Below, in pieces: positions 14,224-23,054 of a stretch of 23,054 nt of DNA. The stretch is from Deltaproteobacteria bacterium. GTDB lineage: Bacteria > Desulfobacterota > Binatia > UBA12015. Below the pieces are notes generated by a model. The model was given only the letters and a program-made list of their open reading frames with translations, was not told the origin of the DNA and did no database searches. A program made the translations under genes and the position numbers. Location: assembly GCA_046583355.1 (NCBI GenBank), contig JAYGCM010000044.1, positions 1 through 23,054 of the forward strand, read 5' to 3'. Numbering within the stretch: position 1 is the stretch's first letter; the number at the start of each line of letters is the position of its first letter.

Positions 14224-14268
14224 GCAGTCTGATCCGAAACCTGTCTACCAGACGAGACAGGCGCTCGC

Positions 14269-15186
14269 TCAGGAGCGAAAGAAGTCGACCGTCTGCGGAA
14301 TCCCGCTCTCGAGGGAAACCTCCGGGTGCCAGCCCAGAACCTCGCCCGCCCGAGCCGGCGAGATCACGCTGCGGCGCTGTTCGCCGGGCATGGCCGGTCC
14401 CCGATTCGCCGCCACCCCGCCCTGCCCGCAGGCTTCGGCAAGGAGTTCATGGAGGCGGTTCACATCGGTTTCGATACCGGTACCGAAGTTCAGGGCACCG
14501 CAATAATCAGAGCGAATCAAGGCCAGATTGGCGCGCACAAGATCGGCCACAAAAACATAATCGCGCGTCTGGCCGCCGTCGCCATTGATCGTCGGGATCT
14601 CGCCGGCAAGCAGCTTGCGCGCAAAGATCGCCACCACGCCTGCCTCACCGTGTGGGTCCTGACGCGGCCCGTAGACATTGGCGTAGCGCAGAGCGACCCA
14701 TTCGAGGCCGTAGATCGCGCGGTAGCTGCCCAGGTAGAGCTCGCTGGCGATCTTCGCCACGCCGTAGGGGCTCATCGGTGCGAGCGGGTGGTTCTCGGTT
14801 GCCGGGAATTCTTTCTGCTCGCCGTAGCCGGCACCGCCCGAGGAGGCGAAAAGCACACGGCGCAGCCCGCTAGCGCGGCCCGCTTCGAGGAGATTCAAGA
14901 AGCCGTCGATATTGACCTGCGCATCGAAGCGCGGATCAGCCACCGAGCGGCGCACATCCATTTGCGCCGCATGGTGGATCAATACTTCGGGGCGCTCAGC
15001 CGCCAGGATGGCGGCGATCTCCGGGGCGCGGATATCGACCTCGTGAAACGAGGCCTGCGGCGGCACCTGATGACGCTTGCCCGACGAGAGGTCATCGATC
15101 ACCACGACCTCATAGCCAGCCGCCACGCAGGCATCCGCAATATGGGATCCGATGAAACCGGCGCCGCCGGTAACCAGAACCTTCAT
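14269..15186 (-). CDS. NAD-dependent epimerase/dehydratase (UDP-glucose 4-epimerase-like extended SDR)
   Basis: [32 protein letters not shown] (YxxxK) and RYANVYGPRQDPHGEAGVV. Exact substrate not determinable from sequence. Confidence 0.9.
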   Translation of the reverse strand: MKVLVTGGAGFIGSHIADACVAAGYEVVVIDDLSSGKRHQVPPQASFHEVDIRAPEIAAILAAERPEVLIHHAAQMDVRRSVADPRFDAQVNIDGFLNLLEAGRASGLRRVLFASSGGAGYGEQKEFPATENHPLAPMSPYGVAKIASELYLGSYRAIYGLEWVALRYANVYGPRQDPHGEAGVVAIFARKLLAGEIPTINGDGGQTRDYVFVADLVRANLALIRSDYCGALNFGTGIETDVNRLHELLAEACGQGGVAANRGPAMPGEQRRSVISPARAGEVLGWHPEVSLESGIPQTVDFFRS

Positions 15187-15211
15187 CGCCGGCCCGGCCC
15201 TGCTTCGCGCA

Positions 15212-16168
15212 TCAGGATTCGGCGAAGAGCTTCTGAAAATATTCGATCGTATGGCCGAGCCCGTCTTCGAGGCTCACCTTCGGCTCCCAGCCGAGTACGC
15301 GGCGGGCCTTGGTGATATCCGGGCGCCGGACCTGCGGGTCGTCTTTGGTGCGTTCGTCGGTCGGCACGATATGCTTCAATTCAGATTTGCCACCCGTGAG
15401 ACGCTGTACGATCTCGGCGAATTGCAGAATCGTCATCTCGCCCGGGTTACCGAGGTTCACAGGATCGGACTCGTCGGAATCCATCAAGCTGATAATGCCG
15501 TCAATGAGGTCGGTGACGTAGCAGAAGCTACGCGTACGCTGGCCGTCGTCGTAGATGGTCAGCGCTTCGCCATGCAAAGCCTGGTTGATGAAGTTGGTTA
15601 CGACGCGGCCGTCGTCGGGCCGCATACGCGGACCATAAGTATTGAAGATGCGGAAAATCCGCGAGTCCACGCCGTGGTAGCGATGGTAGGCCATGGTGAT
15701 GGCCTCGGCGAAACGCTTGGACTCGTCATAGACGCCGCGCGGCCCCACCGGGTTCACATTGCCGAGATAATCTTCGGGCTGCGGATGCACCTGCGGGTCG
15801 CCATAGACCTCGGAGGTGGAGGCCAGCATGAAAAGAGCGTTCTTCGCCCGCGCCAGGCCAAGCGCCTTATGCGTTCCATGCGCACCAACCTTCAGAGTCG
15901 GAATCGGCTTCTTCAGATAGTCGACAGGGCTCGGCAGCGAGGCCAGATGCAGCACCACATCAACCTTCCCCTCGATATAGATGAACTCCGTTACATCATG
16001 CTTGATGAAGCGAAATTTACCATTGCCCGCGAGGTGTTCGATATTGCGCGTATGGCCGGTGGCGAGGTTATCGACCGCGATGACCTCGTTGCCAGCGGCA
16101 AGCAGACGGTCGGCCAGGTGCGAGCCGATGAAGCCCGCCCCGCCGGTAATCAGAATGCGTCGGCTCAT
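15212..16168 (-). CDS. UDP-glucuronate decarboxylase (UDP-xylose synthase) family SDR
   Basis: [64 protein letters not shown] and [10 protein letters not shown]. Confidence 0.92.
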   Translation of the reverse strand: MSRRILITGGAGFIGSHLADRLLAAGNEVIAVDNLATGHTRNIEHLAGNGKFRFIKHDVTEFIYIEGKVDVVLHLASLPSPVDYLKKPIPTLKVGAHGTHKALGLARAKNALFMLASTSEVYGDPQVHPQPEDYLGNVNPVGPRGVYDESKRFAEAITMAYHRYHGVDSRIFRIFNTYGPRMRPDDGRVVTNFINQALHGEALTIYDDGQRTRSFCYVTDLIDGIISLMDSDESDPVNLGNPGEMTILQFAEIVQRLTGGKSELKHIVPTDERTKDDPQVRRPDITKARRVLGWEPKVSLEDGLGHTIEYFQKLFAES

Positions 16169-17487
16169 TTTGTGCCGGGACCCACTGTCGGTCGGCCCAT
16201 CGAATAATAGGTGAATCCAGCTTTTTCCATGCTTTGTGGCTCGTACACGTTGCGGCCGTCGAAGACCACTGGGTACTTGAGCAAGCCCTTCATGCGAGCA
16301 AAATCCGGCCGCCGGAACTCATTCCACTCCGTCACCACGATCAGCGCGTCGGCGCCCTCCAGGGCGTTATAGCCGCTTGTGGCATAGGTCACCCGGTCAC
16401 CGAGTTCGCGCCGGGCTTCGTTCATCGCCTCGGGGTCGTAACAGGTGATGGTCGCGCCCGCGGCGAGCAGACGGTCGGCAATGATCACCGAGGGAGCCTC
16501 GCGCATATCGTCGGTTTTCGGCTTGAACGCGAGTCCCCACATGGCGAAATGCTTGCCCGTCACGTCGCCACCGAAATGGTCGAGCAAGCGACCAACGAGG
16601 ATGCGCTTCTGGCGATCGTTCACTTCTTCGACAGCGCGCAGCAGCGTGAAATCGAGCTGCTGGTCCTGCGCGGTGGAGATCACGGCACGAACATCTTTGG
16701 GAAAACAACTGCCGCCGTAACCGACACCGGGGAATAGGAAATGCGGGCCGATGCGCTGGTCGGTGCCGATGCCGCGACGGACCTGCGTCACGTCTGCGCC
16801 GACCTTCTCGCAGAGATTCGCGATCTCGTTGATGAACGAGATGCGTGTCGCCAGCAGCGAGTTCGCGGCGTATTTCGTCATCTCGGCCGAACGATTGTCC
16901 ATTTCGAGAATCGGGTTATCGGTACGGACAAAGGGCGAATAGAGTTCGCGCAGCTTCGCCAGCGCCTCTTCGCTGCGCCCGCCGATCACGACGCGGTCGG
17001 GCTTCATGAAGTCGTCGATCGCGGCGCCCTCCTTCATGAACTCCGGGTTCGAGACCACCTCGATCTTATGAGGGCCGTTCTCCTCGAGAACGCGGCGTAC
17101 CCGGTCGGCTGTACCGATCGGCACCGTGCTCTTGATCGCGATGACCTTGGGGCCGTTCGCTGCCTTGGCGATCGCCGCTGCAACACCCATCACGGCACTC
17201 AGATCGGCGGCGCCGGAATGATCCATCGGCGTGCCCACTGCGATGATACAGACCTCCGCCTCCTTGACGGTCGAGTCCAGATCCGTGGTAAAAGTGAGGC
17301 GCCCTTCGGCGCTATTGCGCTTGACGAGCTCCTCAAGGCCCGGCTCGTAGATCGGGATCTCCCCGTTCTGCAGGCTCCGCACCTTCTCCTCCAGGACATC
17401 GACGCAGGTCACGTCGTTGCCGCTTTCGGCAAAACAGGTTCCAGCAACGAGACCGACATAGCCGGTGCCAACAACACAGAGTTTCAT
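16165..17487 (-). CDS. ugd: UDP-glucose 6-dehydrogenase
   Basis: [35 protein letters not shown], catalytic [10 protein letters not shown] and [18 protein letters not shown]. Confidence 0.96.
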   Translation of the reverse strand: MKLCVVGTGYVGLVAGTCFAESGNDVTCVDVLEEKVRSLQNGEIPIYEPGLEELVKRNSAEGRLTFTTDLDSTVKEAEVCIIAVGTPMDHSGAADLSAVMGVAAAIAKAANGPKVIAIKSTVPIGTADRVRRVLEENGPHKIEVVSNPEFMKEGAAIDDFMKPDRVVIGGRSEEALAKLRELYSPFVRTDNPILEMDNRSAEMTKYAANSLLATRISFINEIANLCEKVGADVTQVRRGIGTDQRIGPHFLFPGVGYGGSCFPKDVRAVISTAQDQQLDFTLLRAVEEVNDRQKRILVGRLLDHFGGDVTGKHFAMWGLAFKPKTDDMREAPSVIIADRLLAAGATITCYDPEAMNEARRELGDRVTYATSGYNALEGADALIVVTEWNEFRRPDFARMKGLLKYPVVFDGRNVYEPQSMEKAGFTYYSMGRPTVGPGTK

Positions 17488-17563
17488 GGAAATGTACCTC
17501 GGAAAGGGGTCCGGTGAAGGCAGTCAAATTCGTCCTGCGACCTTCGGGGGAACGGACCCTGAA

Positions 17564-18973
17564 CTAATATGCGTTTTTGTTCACGAACCCACGGACGAAA
17601 GTGAGCAAGAGAATTCGTAGATCGAGTGTGAGCGACCAGTTCTGGATATACTCCAGATCGTATTGGATGCGTCGTTCAATGGATGTATCTCCGCGCCAGC
17701 CATGCACCTGCGCCCAACCAGTCATGCCCGCCTGCACCATGTGGCGCAACATGTATTTGGGCACATGGCGGCGAAACTCCTGGATGAAGACCGGCCGCTC
17801 CGGCCGCGGCCCCACCAGGCTCATCTCGCCACGCAGTACATTCCAGAACTGCGGCAGTTCATCGAGAGAACGGCGGCGCAGAAGGCGGCCCAGCGGCGTC
17901 GAGCGTGGATCATCCTTGCGCGCCCAGACCGGCCCGGTGGCGGCCTCCGCATCGACTCGCATGGTGCGAAACTTCCAGACTTGGAAGACCCGTCCATCGA
18001 TGCCCATGCGCTCCTGCGCAAAAAAGACAGGACCGCGGGAGCCGAGCCTTACGCCCAGACCGATCAGCGCCATCAGCGGCGCCAGAAGCACCAGAGCCGC
18101 AGCCGCAGCGACCAGATCCATCCCGCGCTTAAGGACCCGATTCCAGCCCGCCAAGGGCATCGCGCGCAGGCCGATAATCGGCAACCCATCGAGTTCATCG
18201 ATGCCACTTTTGATGCTGACAAAGCGCTCGATATCAGGGACGACCTTCACGTCGACCACGGAGTCCTCGAGCGGGTGCACGAGGCTTTCGAGTCGGGGCA
18301 TGGCCTCGAAGGGAAGTGCGAAAATCACTTGATCCACGCCTCCCTGGCTGACGATTTCAGAAGTTTCATTCCAGGTAGCAAGTACGGGAGTAGAGCCGAC
18401 AAAAGCGCCGACCCTTGAGGGATCATCGGTCAGAAACCCTCGGACCTTGAGGCCGAACTCCGGATGCGCCAACAGCCGGGCATTGACCGAGCGGGCCAGA
18501 TCACCATCGCCCACAATCAGCACATGGCGAAGGTTATAACCCCGACGCCGGCCCTCTCGGAGAAGCTCACGCAGAAGCGCACGCTCGGCGACCACGGCAG
18601 CCGTCCCGAGGATCCAGAAATAAACCAGCGTCAGACGCGAGAGCGAATAGGCCTTCTCGAAGCCGAGGAAACTCACCGCCGTGAAGATCAGCATCGCCAG
18701 CGAGGAGGCGCGCAGCACCAAGCGACGCTCATGCGAAGGGCGCGCACCGCGCATCGGGGCATAAAGCCCGGCGCTGCGGAACACGAAGCCCCAGACCACG
18801 AAGATCAGAGGCAGCAGGATGAGGTAATTCGCCAGTGGCGGCACACCCTTGCTCGCCGGCACCAATTGCACCGAGAAGCGCAGGGCATAAGCGCAGATCC
18901 AAGCTGCTGCGAGCGCGGCGAGATCCGCCACGATAAAGAAGCCCGCGAAGAATTGGTGGCGTTCCTTCAGCAC
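17564..18973 (-). CDS. Undecaprenyl-phosphate glucose phosphotransferase (WcaJ/WbaP-type initiating phosphoglycosyl transferase)
   Basis: Four N-terminal hydrophobic segments, a Rossmann-like middle (VLIVGDG), and a C-terminal PGT domain with KFRTM, DDPR, SLDELPQFWNVLRGEMSLVGPRPE and TGWAQV. Start revised from 19045 to GTG at 18973 (VLKERHQ), overlapping the GT4 stop. Confidence 0.93.
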   Translation of the reverse strand: MLKERHQFFAGFFIVADLAALAAAWICAYALRFSVQLVPASKGVPPLANYLILLPLIFVVWGFVFRSAGLYAPMRGARPSHERRLVLRASSLAMLIFTAVSFLGFEKAYSLSRLTLVYFWILGTAAVVAERALLRELLREGRRRGYNLRHVLIVGDGDLARSVNARLLAHPEFGLKVRGFLTDDPSRVGAFVGSTPVLATWNETSEIVSQGGVDQVIFALPFEAMPRLESLVHPLEDSVVDVKVVPDIERFVSIKSGIDELDGLPIIGLRAMPLAGWNRVLKRGMDLVAAAAALVLLAPLMALIGLGVRLGSRGPVFFAQERMGIDGRVFQVWKFRTMRVDAEAATGPVWARKDDPRSTPLGRLLRRRSLDELPQFWNVLRGEMSLVGPRPERPVFIQEFRRHVPKYMLRHMVQAGMTGWAQVHGWRGDTSIERRIQYDLEYIQNWSLTLDLRILLLTFVRGFVNKNAY

Positions 18974-20106
18974 GCCGCGTCCCCCGCCCCGCCCTGCATC
19001 GCACGACGATAGGCCGCCGCCGTCAGCCGAACAGTACGACGCCACGTAAAGCGCTTCGCCCTCTCGCGGCCCTCGGCCACGAGACTCTCTCGCTGCGAGT
19101 CGTTCATCTCGAAGGCGAGATTGTAGATCGCCTGCGCCAGCGGAGCAATCGAATCGGAGTCGACCAAAATACCGGCTTGGCCGACCACTTCGGGCAGGCC
19201 GCCGGCGCGGGTCGCCACCAGCGGGACGCCCGCCGCCATCGCCTCAAGCGCAGGCAGACCGAAACCCTCATAGCGAGAAGCCACCACCGCCAGACGCGCC
19301 CCGCTATAGAGCATGAGCATCTCGCGCTCCGAAACGGTGCCGAGAATGCAAATTCGCTCCTCGCCCAAACCAGCCGCAGCGACCATCGCCCGGACCTCGG
19401 CGCGGTCCGAGTCCTGCCCCAACAAAACGAGTTGGAGGCCACGGATCCTGCGCATCGCACCAATCAGAAGATCGACCCCCTTATGCGGTTGGCCGTTGGT
19501 GACGTTCACGGCATACGGCGATTTCAGCCGTAGGCGACGCAGCAGTACCTGGGTCTCGTCCTTGCCGATAGCGCTTGCACCGGCAAAGGATGCCGCCACG
19601 CCGTTGGCGATCACGCGCACACGCGATTCTTCGATCCCGGCCATGCTGTGCAAATCCTCGGCCACGGCCTCCGATACGGTCAGCACGAGGTCCGCCTGGC
19701 GCCGCACGCGCTCCAACATTCGCTTGCAATACAATGCGTGAAACCGGGTCCGAGGAAAGCGCCAATGGATCAGGTCGTGCACGGAGACCACCAGGCGACA
19801 AGGGAGCCGGACCGGGATCGGATAATGCGGCACATGCAAAAGGTCGAGACCCAGCCTTTTCGCCACCATCGGCAACTCAATATTGGCGAGAGGATTGTAT
19901 CCGCTCGCCCGCAGGGTCTGAACCTCAAGCCCGCGCGAAATCCCCACCGCCATCGATTCATCGCGCGGATTCACCAGCGCCACGAAATCGCAATCCGGGG
20001 CCTCCTGCGGCAGCCAGGAAAGATGTTCCCGGATATAACGCCCGATGCCGCCGTCGTGAATTCGTCGGGCATCGATTCCAACGCGCAGGCGTGGTGCCGT
20101 CTTCAT
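18967..20106 (-). CDS. Glycosyltransferase family 4 (GT-B, group 1)
   Basis: IDAR...GGIGRY, VVSVHDLI, HKG and the EX7E motif SRYEGFGLPALEAMAAGVP. Confidence 0.93.
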   Translation of the reverse strand: MKTAPRLRVGIDARRIHDGGIGRYIREHLSWLPQEAPDCDFVALVNPRDESMAVGISRGLEVQTLRASGYNPLANIELPMVAKRLGLDLLHVPHYPIPVRLPCRLVVSVHDLIHWRFPRTRFHALYCKRMLERVRRQADLVLTVSEAVAEDLHSMAGIEESRVRVIANGVAASFAGASAIGKDETQVLLRRLRLKSPYAVNVTNGQPHKGVDLLIGAMRRIRGLQLVLLGQDSDRAEVRAMVAAAGLGEERICILGTVSEREMLMLYSGARLAVVASRYEGFGLPALEAMAAGVPLVATRAGGLPEVVGQAGILVDSDSIAPLAQAIYNLAFEMNDSQRESLVAEGRERAKRFTWRRTVRLTAAAYRRAMQGGAGDAAC

Positions 20107-21065
20107 CTGAGGCCTCGTAGGTCACGCACCAGATAGACGGCCTTGCCCTGCGACTCGTGCCAGGTCCGTGCCATCATCTCGGCAAGCAAACCGAAGGTCA
20201 GAAATTGCAGGCCGGTGGTCGCCAGAAAGATCGCCAACAAGACGATCGGCCGACCGCCCAACTCAACACCGAGAAAGATGCGCTCAAAGCCCAGCCAGCC
20301 GAGCAGCAGCGTACCACCAAGAAAGGCCGGCAGGCCGAAGAGGCCGAAGAAATGGATCGGCCGGGTCGCATAACCGGAGAGAAAGCGGACGGTGAGCAGG
20401 TCGAGCAAGACGCGCAGCCCGCGCGACAGGCCGTATTTCGAACGCCCGGTCGTGCGCGCGCGGTGGCGGACAGGGATCTCCACGACCGCAGCCCCCAGGT
20501 CGGCCGCCAGCGCCGGCAGGAAACGGTGCATCTCACCATAGAGACGAATGCCCTTGGTGATCTCGGCCCGGTAGGCCTTGAGTCCGCAGCCGAAATCATG
20601 CAACCGCAAGCCGGTTACCCGACTGATGATCGAGTTGGCGATCCGCGAGGGCAGGATCCGCGTCACGAAAGCATCGTGCCGGTCGCGGCGCCAACCGGAT
20701 ACAACATCCGCACCAGCGGCCAATGCGGCAAGGAGTCGCGGAATCTCGGCCGGATCGTTCTGCAGGTCCCCATCGAGTGTGACGATGGTCGTGCCGCGGG
20801 CGTATTCGAAGCCAGCAGCGAGTGCCGCGGACTGCCCGAAGTTGCGACGAAAGCGCACGAGGCAAACCCGCTCGTCGCCCTGGCGAACCTCTTCGAGGCG
20901 GGCGAAGGTCGCATCGCGCGAGCCATCATCTACCGCGACCACCTCGGCTGAATCCGGCAGTGCGTCGAGCACCGCCAGCAATTCGGCAAAGAAGGGCGCC
21001 ACAGCATCCTGCTCTTCGAAAAAAGGAACGACAACGGAAACTGCGGGTTGGGCCGCTTCGCTCAC
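20103..21065 (-). CDS. Glycosyltransferase family 2, polyprenol-phosphate glycosyltransferase (ArnC/GtrB/DPM-synthase-like)
   Basis: SVVVPFFEE, VDDGSRD, RRNFGQSAAL, DGDLQNDP (DxD), LHDFGCGLKAYR, LYGEMHRF and two C-terminal TM segments. Start revised from 21176 to GTG at 21065 (GTGA overlap with the mtnP stop, SD GGAGG). Confidence 0.92.
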   Translation of the reverse strand: MSEAAQPAVSVVVPFFEEQDAVAPFFAELLAVLDALPDSAEVVAVDDGSRDATFARLEEVRQGDERVCLVRFRRNFGQSAALAAGFEYARGTTIVTLDGDLQNDPAEIPRLLAALAAGADVVSGWRRDRHDAFVTRILPSRIANSIISRVTGLRLHDFGCGLKAYRAEITKGIRLYGEMHRFLPALAADLGAAVVEIPVRHRARTTGRSKYGLSRGLRVLLDLLTVRFLSGYATRPIHFFGLFGLPAFLGGTLLLGWLGFERIFLGVELGGRPIVLLAIFLATTGLQFLTFGLLAEMMARTWHESQGKAVYLVRDLRGLR

Positions 21066-21937
21066 TCGCCCTCCAAATAACGCCCGGCGATCAGCGAAAG
21101 CCGCTCGGCTGCCTCGCTCGAAACAGCCGTCAGATCGGTGAGAATCGCACCGGCAAGCGCAGAATGGCAGGCGCATTCTCCCTGCGGGAGGTTGGCGGCG
21201 AGGTCCGCCACGGTCGCGATGGCGCGCCGGGCATTGGCTTGAATCACCGCAATGATCGAGGCGACGTCGACCTCGGCTTCGTCCTCATGCCAGCAATCGT
21301 AGTCCGTGCTGAGGGCAAGCGTCGAAAAACACATCTCGGCTTCACGGGCGAGCTTCGCTTCCTGCAGATTCGTCATGCCGATGACCGACGCACCCCAAGA
21401 GCGGTAGAGGTTCGACTCTGCGCGAGTGGAGAATTGCGGCCCCTCCATACAAACATAGGTGCCGCCAGCATGGACCTTCGCGTCGGTCGTGCCGGCCGAC
21501 CGGGTCACGGCCGCCGCCAGAGTCGCACAAACAGGGTCGCCCATCTGCACATGCGCGACTACGCCATCGGTGAAAAAAGTCGCCTTGCGGCCTGCCGTAC
21601 GGTCGATGAATTGGTCCGGTACGACGAGATCGCCGGGCGGAATCTCTTTGCGCAGGCTGCCCACCGCGCCGACGCCAAGGAGACGCTGCACCCCGAGTTG
21701 CTTCATGGCGTGGATATTCGCGCGGAAGTTCAACTCGCTGGGCGAGATCTTGTGCCCCCGACCATGGCGTGGCAAAAAGGCCACCCGTCGCCCCGCCAGG
21801 GTTCCGATCAGGAATTCATCCGAGGGTGCCCCGAAGGGGGTCGAGAGCTCCAGGCGCTCGACATCTTCCAGCACATCGAGATCATAGAGACCGCTGCCAC
21901 CGATCACTCCCAAGTCTACTTCGCGTGTCATACTCAT
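21062..21937 (-). CDS. mtnP: S-methyl-5'-thioadenosine phosphorylase
   Basis: GVIGGSGLY, TPFGAPSD, RHGRGH, NFRANI, AVGSL, DQFIDRT, EGPQFSTRAES, IGMT and TDYDCW (the DxD of adenine-specific MTAP). Start revised from 22141 to ATG 21937 (or 21931). Confidence 0.95.
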   Translation of the reverse strand: MSMTREVDLGVIGGSGLYDLDVLEDVERLELSTPFGAPSDEFLIGTLAGRRVAFLPRHGRGHKISPSELNFRANIHAMKQLGVQRLLGVGAVGSLRKEIPPGDLVVPDQFIDRTAGRKATFFTDGVVAHVQMGDPVCATLAAAVTRSAGTTDAKVHAGGTYVCMEGPQFSTRAESNLYRSWGASVIGMTNLQEAKLAREAEMCFSTLALSTDYDCWHEDEAEVDVASIIAVIQANARRAIATVADLAANLPQGECACHSALAGAILTDLTAVSSEAAERLSLIAGRYLEGE

Positions 21938-21983
21938 CGCCCCAAAATCTCGCATAGCGCCCGCGAGGGAGCAACGCGGCCGA

Positions 21984-23039
21984 CTATTCTGTCTTCGCGG
22001 CCAGCTGGCCGCAAGCCGCTGCGATATCCGGGCCGCGGGACTCACGGATGGTGGCGTGCAGGCCCTGGGCGAGCAAGAGGCGTTGGAAGGCCTCGGTCTT
22101 GCCACGGCTGACGCGCTGGAATTCCGCCCCCTCGAAGGCATTCCAGTAGATCAGATTCACTTTCGCCGGGATACCGTGCAAGAGCGAAACCAGCCGACGC
22201 GCGTCTTCGGGGCTCTCGTTTTGCCCTTCGAGCAGGGTATATTCGAAGGTGATGCGGCGGCGCCGCGGAATCGGCAGATTCCGGCAAGCCTCGAGAAGCT
22301 CGCGCAGGGAATGCTTGCGCGTGATCGGCATCAACTCGCGGCGCTTCTCTTCGGTTGTGGCGCCGAGCGAAACCGCCAGGTTCACCCGCGTTTCGTCGAG
22401 CAATTGACGCATCTCCGGGATCAGGCCGACGGTCGAGACGGTGATGCGGCGCGGCGATATCTCAAGACCCCACGCACTGGTCAGAATCTCCAAGGCCGGC
22501 AGAAGCTCGGCCAGGTTATGCAGCGGCTCGCCCATCCCCATGAAGACCAAATTGGTGAGCACCTCGGGGCCGGCCTGGAGCGTAGACAATTCGCCACGCG
22601 CCAGCTGGATCTGGCCGACGATCTCAGCGCGCGATAATTGACGGCGCAGCTTGAGCCGTGCCGTCGCACAAAAAGTACAGCCCATCGCGCAGCCGACCTG
22701 CGAGGACACGCAGAGGGTGAGGCGCTTGGCCGCGTCGGGGATGAGCACGGCCTCAATGGTTTCGGCGTCGCCGAGAGCGACCGCGAGCTTACGCGTCCCG
22801 TCGTGTGAATCCTGACGCCGCGACACGGAAACCGGCGTGGCGCGGAGCCGCCCGGCGAGCTGCATACGCAGCTCCTGAGGTAGATTCGCCATCGCCAGCG
22901 GGTCCTCCACGCGACGATGATAAACCCAGCGTAGAATCTGGTCGCCGCGATAGGCGGGCGCACCCAGCTCTTCGAGCAACTGACCCAGGGACTCAGGCGA
23001 GAGCCCCCAGGCCGGCAGTGTTTCAGCGACGACGTTCAT
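21984..23039 (-). CDS. rlmN: 23S rRNA A2503 / tRNA A37 C2-methyltransferase (radical SAM)
   Basis: CVSSQVGCAMGCTFC (CxxxCxxC), FMGMGEP, RRITVSTVG, FEY, KVNLI and C-terminal AACGQL with the catalytic Cys. Confidence 0.97.
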   Translation of the reverse strand: MNVVAETLPAWGLSPESLGQLLEELGAPAYRGDQILRWVYHRRVEDPLAMANLPQELRMQLAGRLRATPVSVSRRQDSHDGTRKLAVALGDAETIEAVLIPDAAKRLTLCVSSQVGCAMGCTFCATARLKLRRQLSRAEIVGQIQLARGELSTLQAGPEVLTNLVFMGMGEPLHNLAELLPALEILTSAWGLEISPRRITVSTVGLIPEMRQLLDETRVNLAVSLGATTEEKRRELMPITRKHSLRELLEACRNLPIPRRRRITFEYTLLEGQNESPEDARRLVSLLHGIPAKVNLIYWNAFEGAEFQRVSRGKTEAFQRLLLAQGLHATIRESRGPDIAAACGQLAAKTE

Positions 23040-23054
23040 AGCGTCCCCGGAGAA

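Noticed and set aside
12715..16207. Long plus-strand ORFs opposite lepA and the two SDR genes
   Set aside because: Same antisense shadow pattern; the minus-strand genes fully explain the sequence.
18180..18440. Slightly more AT-rich stretch within the phosphoglycosyl transferase gene
   Set aside because: The frame is intact, the shift is modest and judged only by eye, and there are no mobility signatures.

Overview
This is a GC-rich bacterial chromosomal window, almost fully coding, with no mobile element, CRISPR array, rRNA or tRNA that I could recognise. Two minus-strand gene runs dominate. Run 1 (23039→10331) is rlmN, mtnP, GT2, GT4, a WcaJ-like phosphoglycosyl transferase, ugd, a UDP-GlcA decarboxylase, an epimerase, lepA, lepB and a UDP-HexNAc dehydrogenase, closed by an intrinsic terminator. 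Run 2 (7666→1) is pyrR, pyrB, pyrC, carA, carB and a partial ORF missing from the ORF track. Between them is a plus-strand two-gene cassette: an oversized xylose-isomerase-like TIM barrel and a levoglucosan-dehydrogenase-like Gfo/Idh/MocA oxidoreductase. The best non-coding signal is a near-consensus PyrR-binding RNA hairpin in a ~45-nt pyrR leader. It overlaps the Shine-Dalgarno sequence and has no terminator, which points to translational repression rather than Bacillus-type attenuation. The gene order resembles deltaproteobacterial-type lineages (inference only). Several start codons are revised relative to the ORF track.
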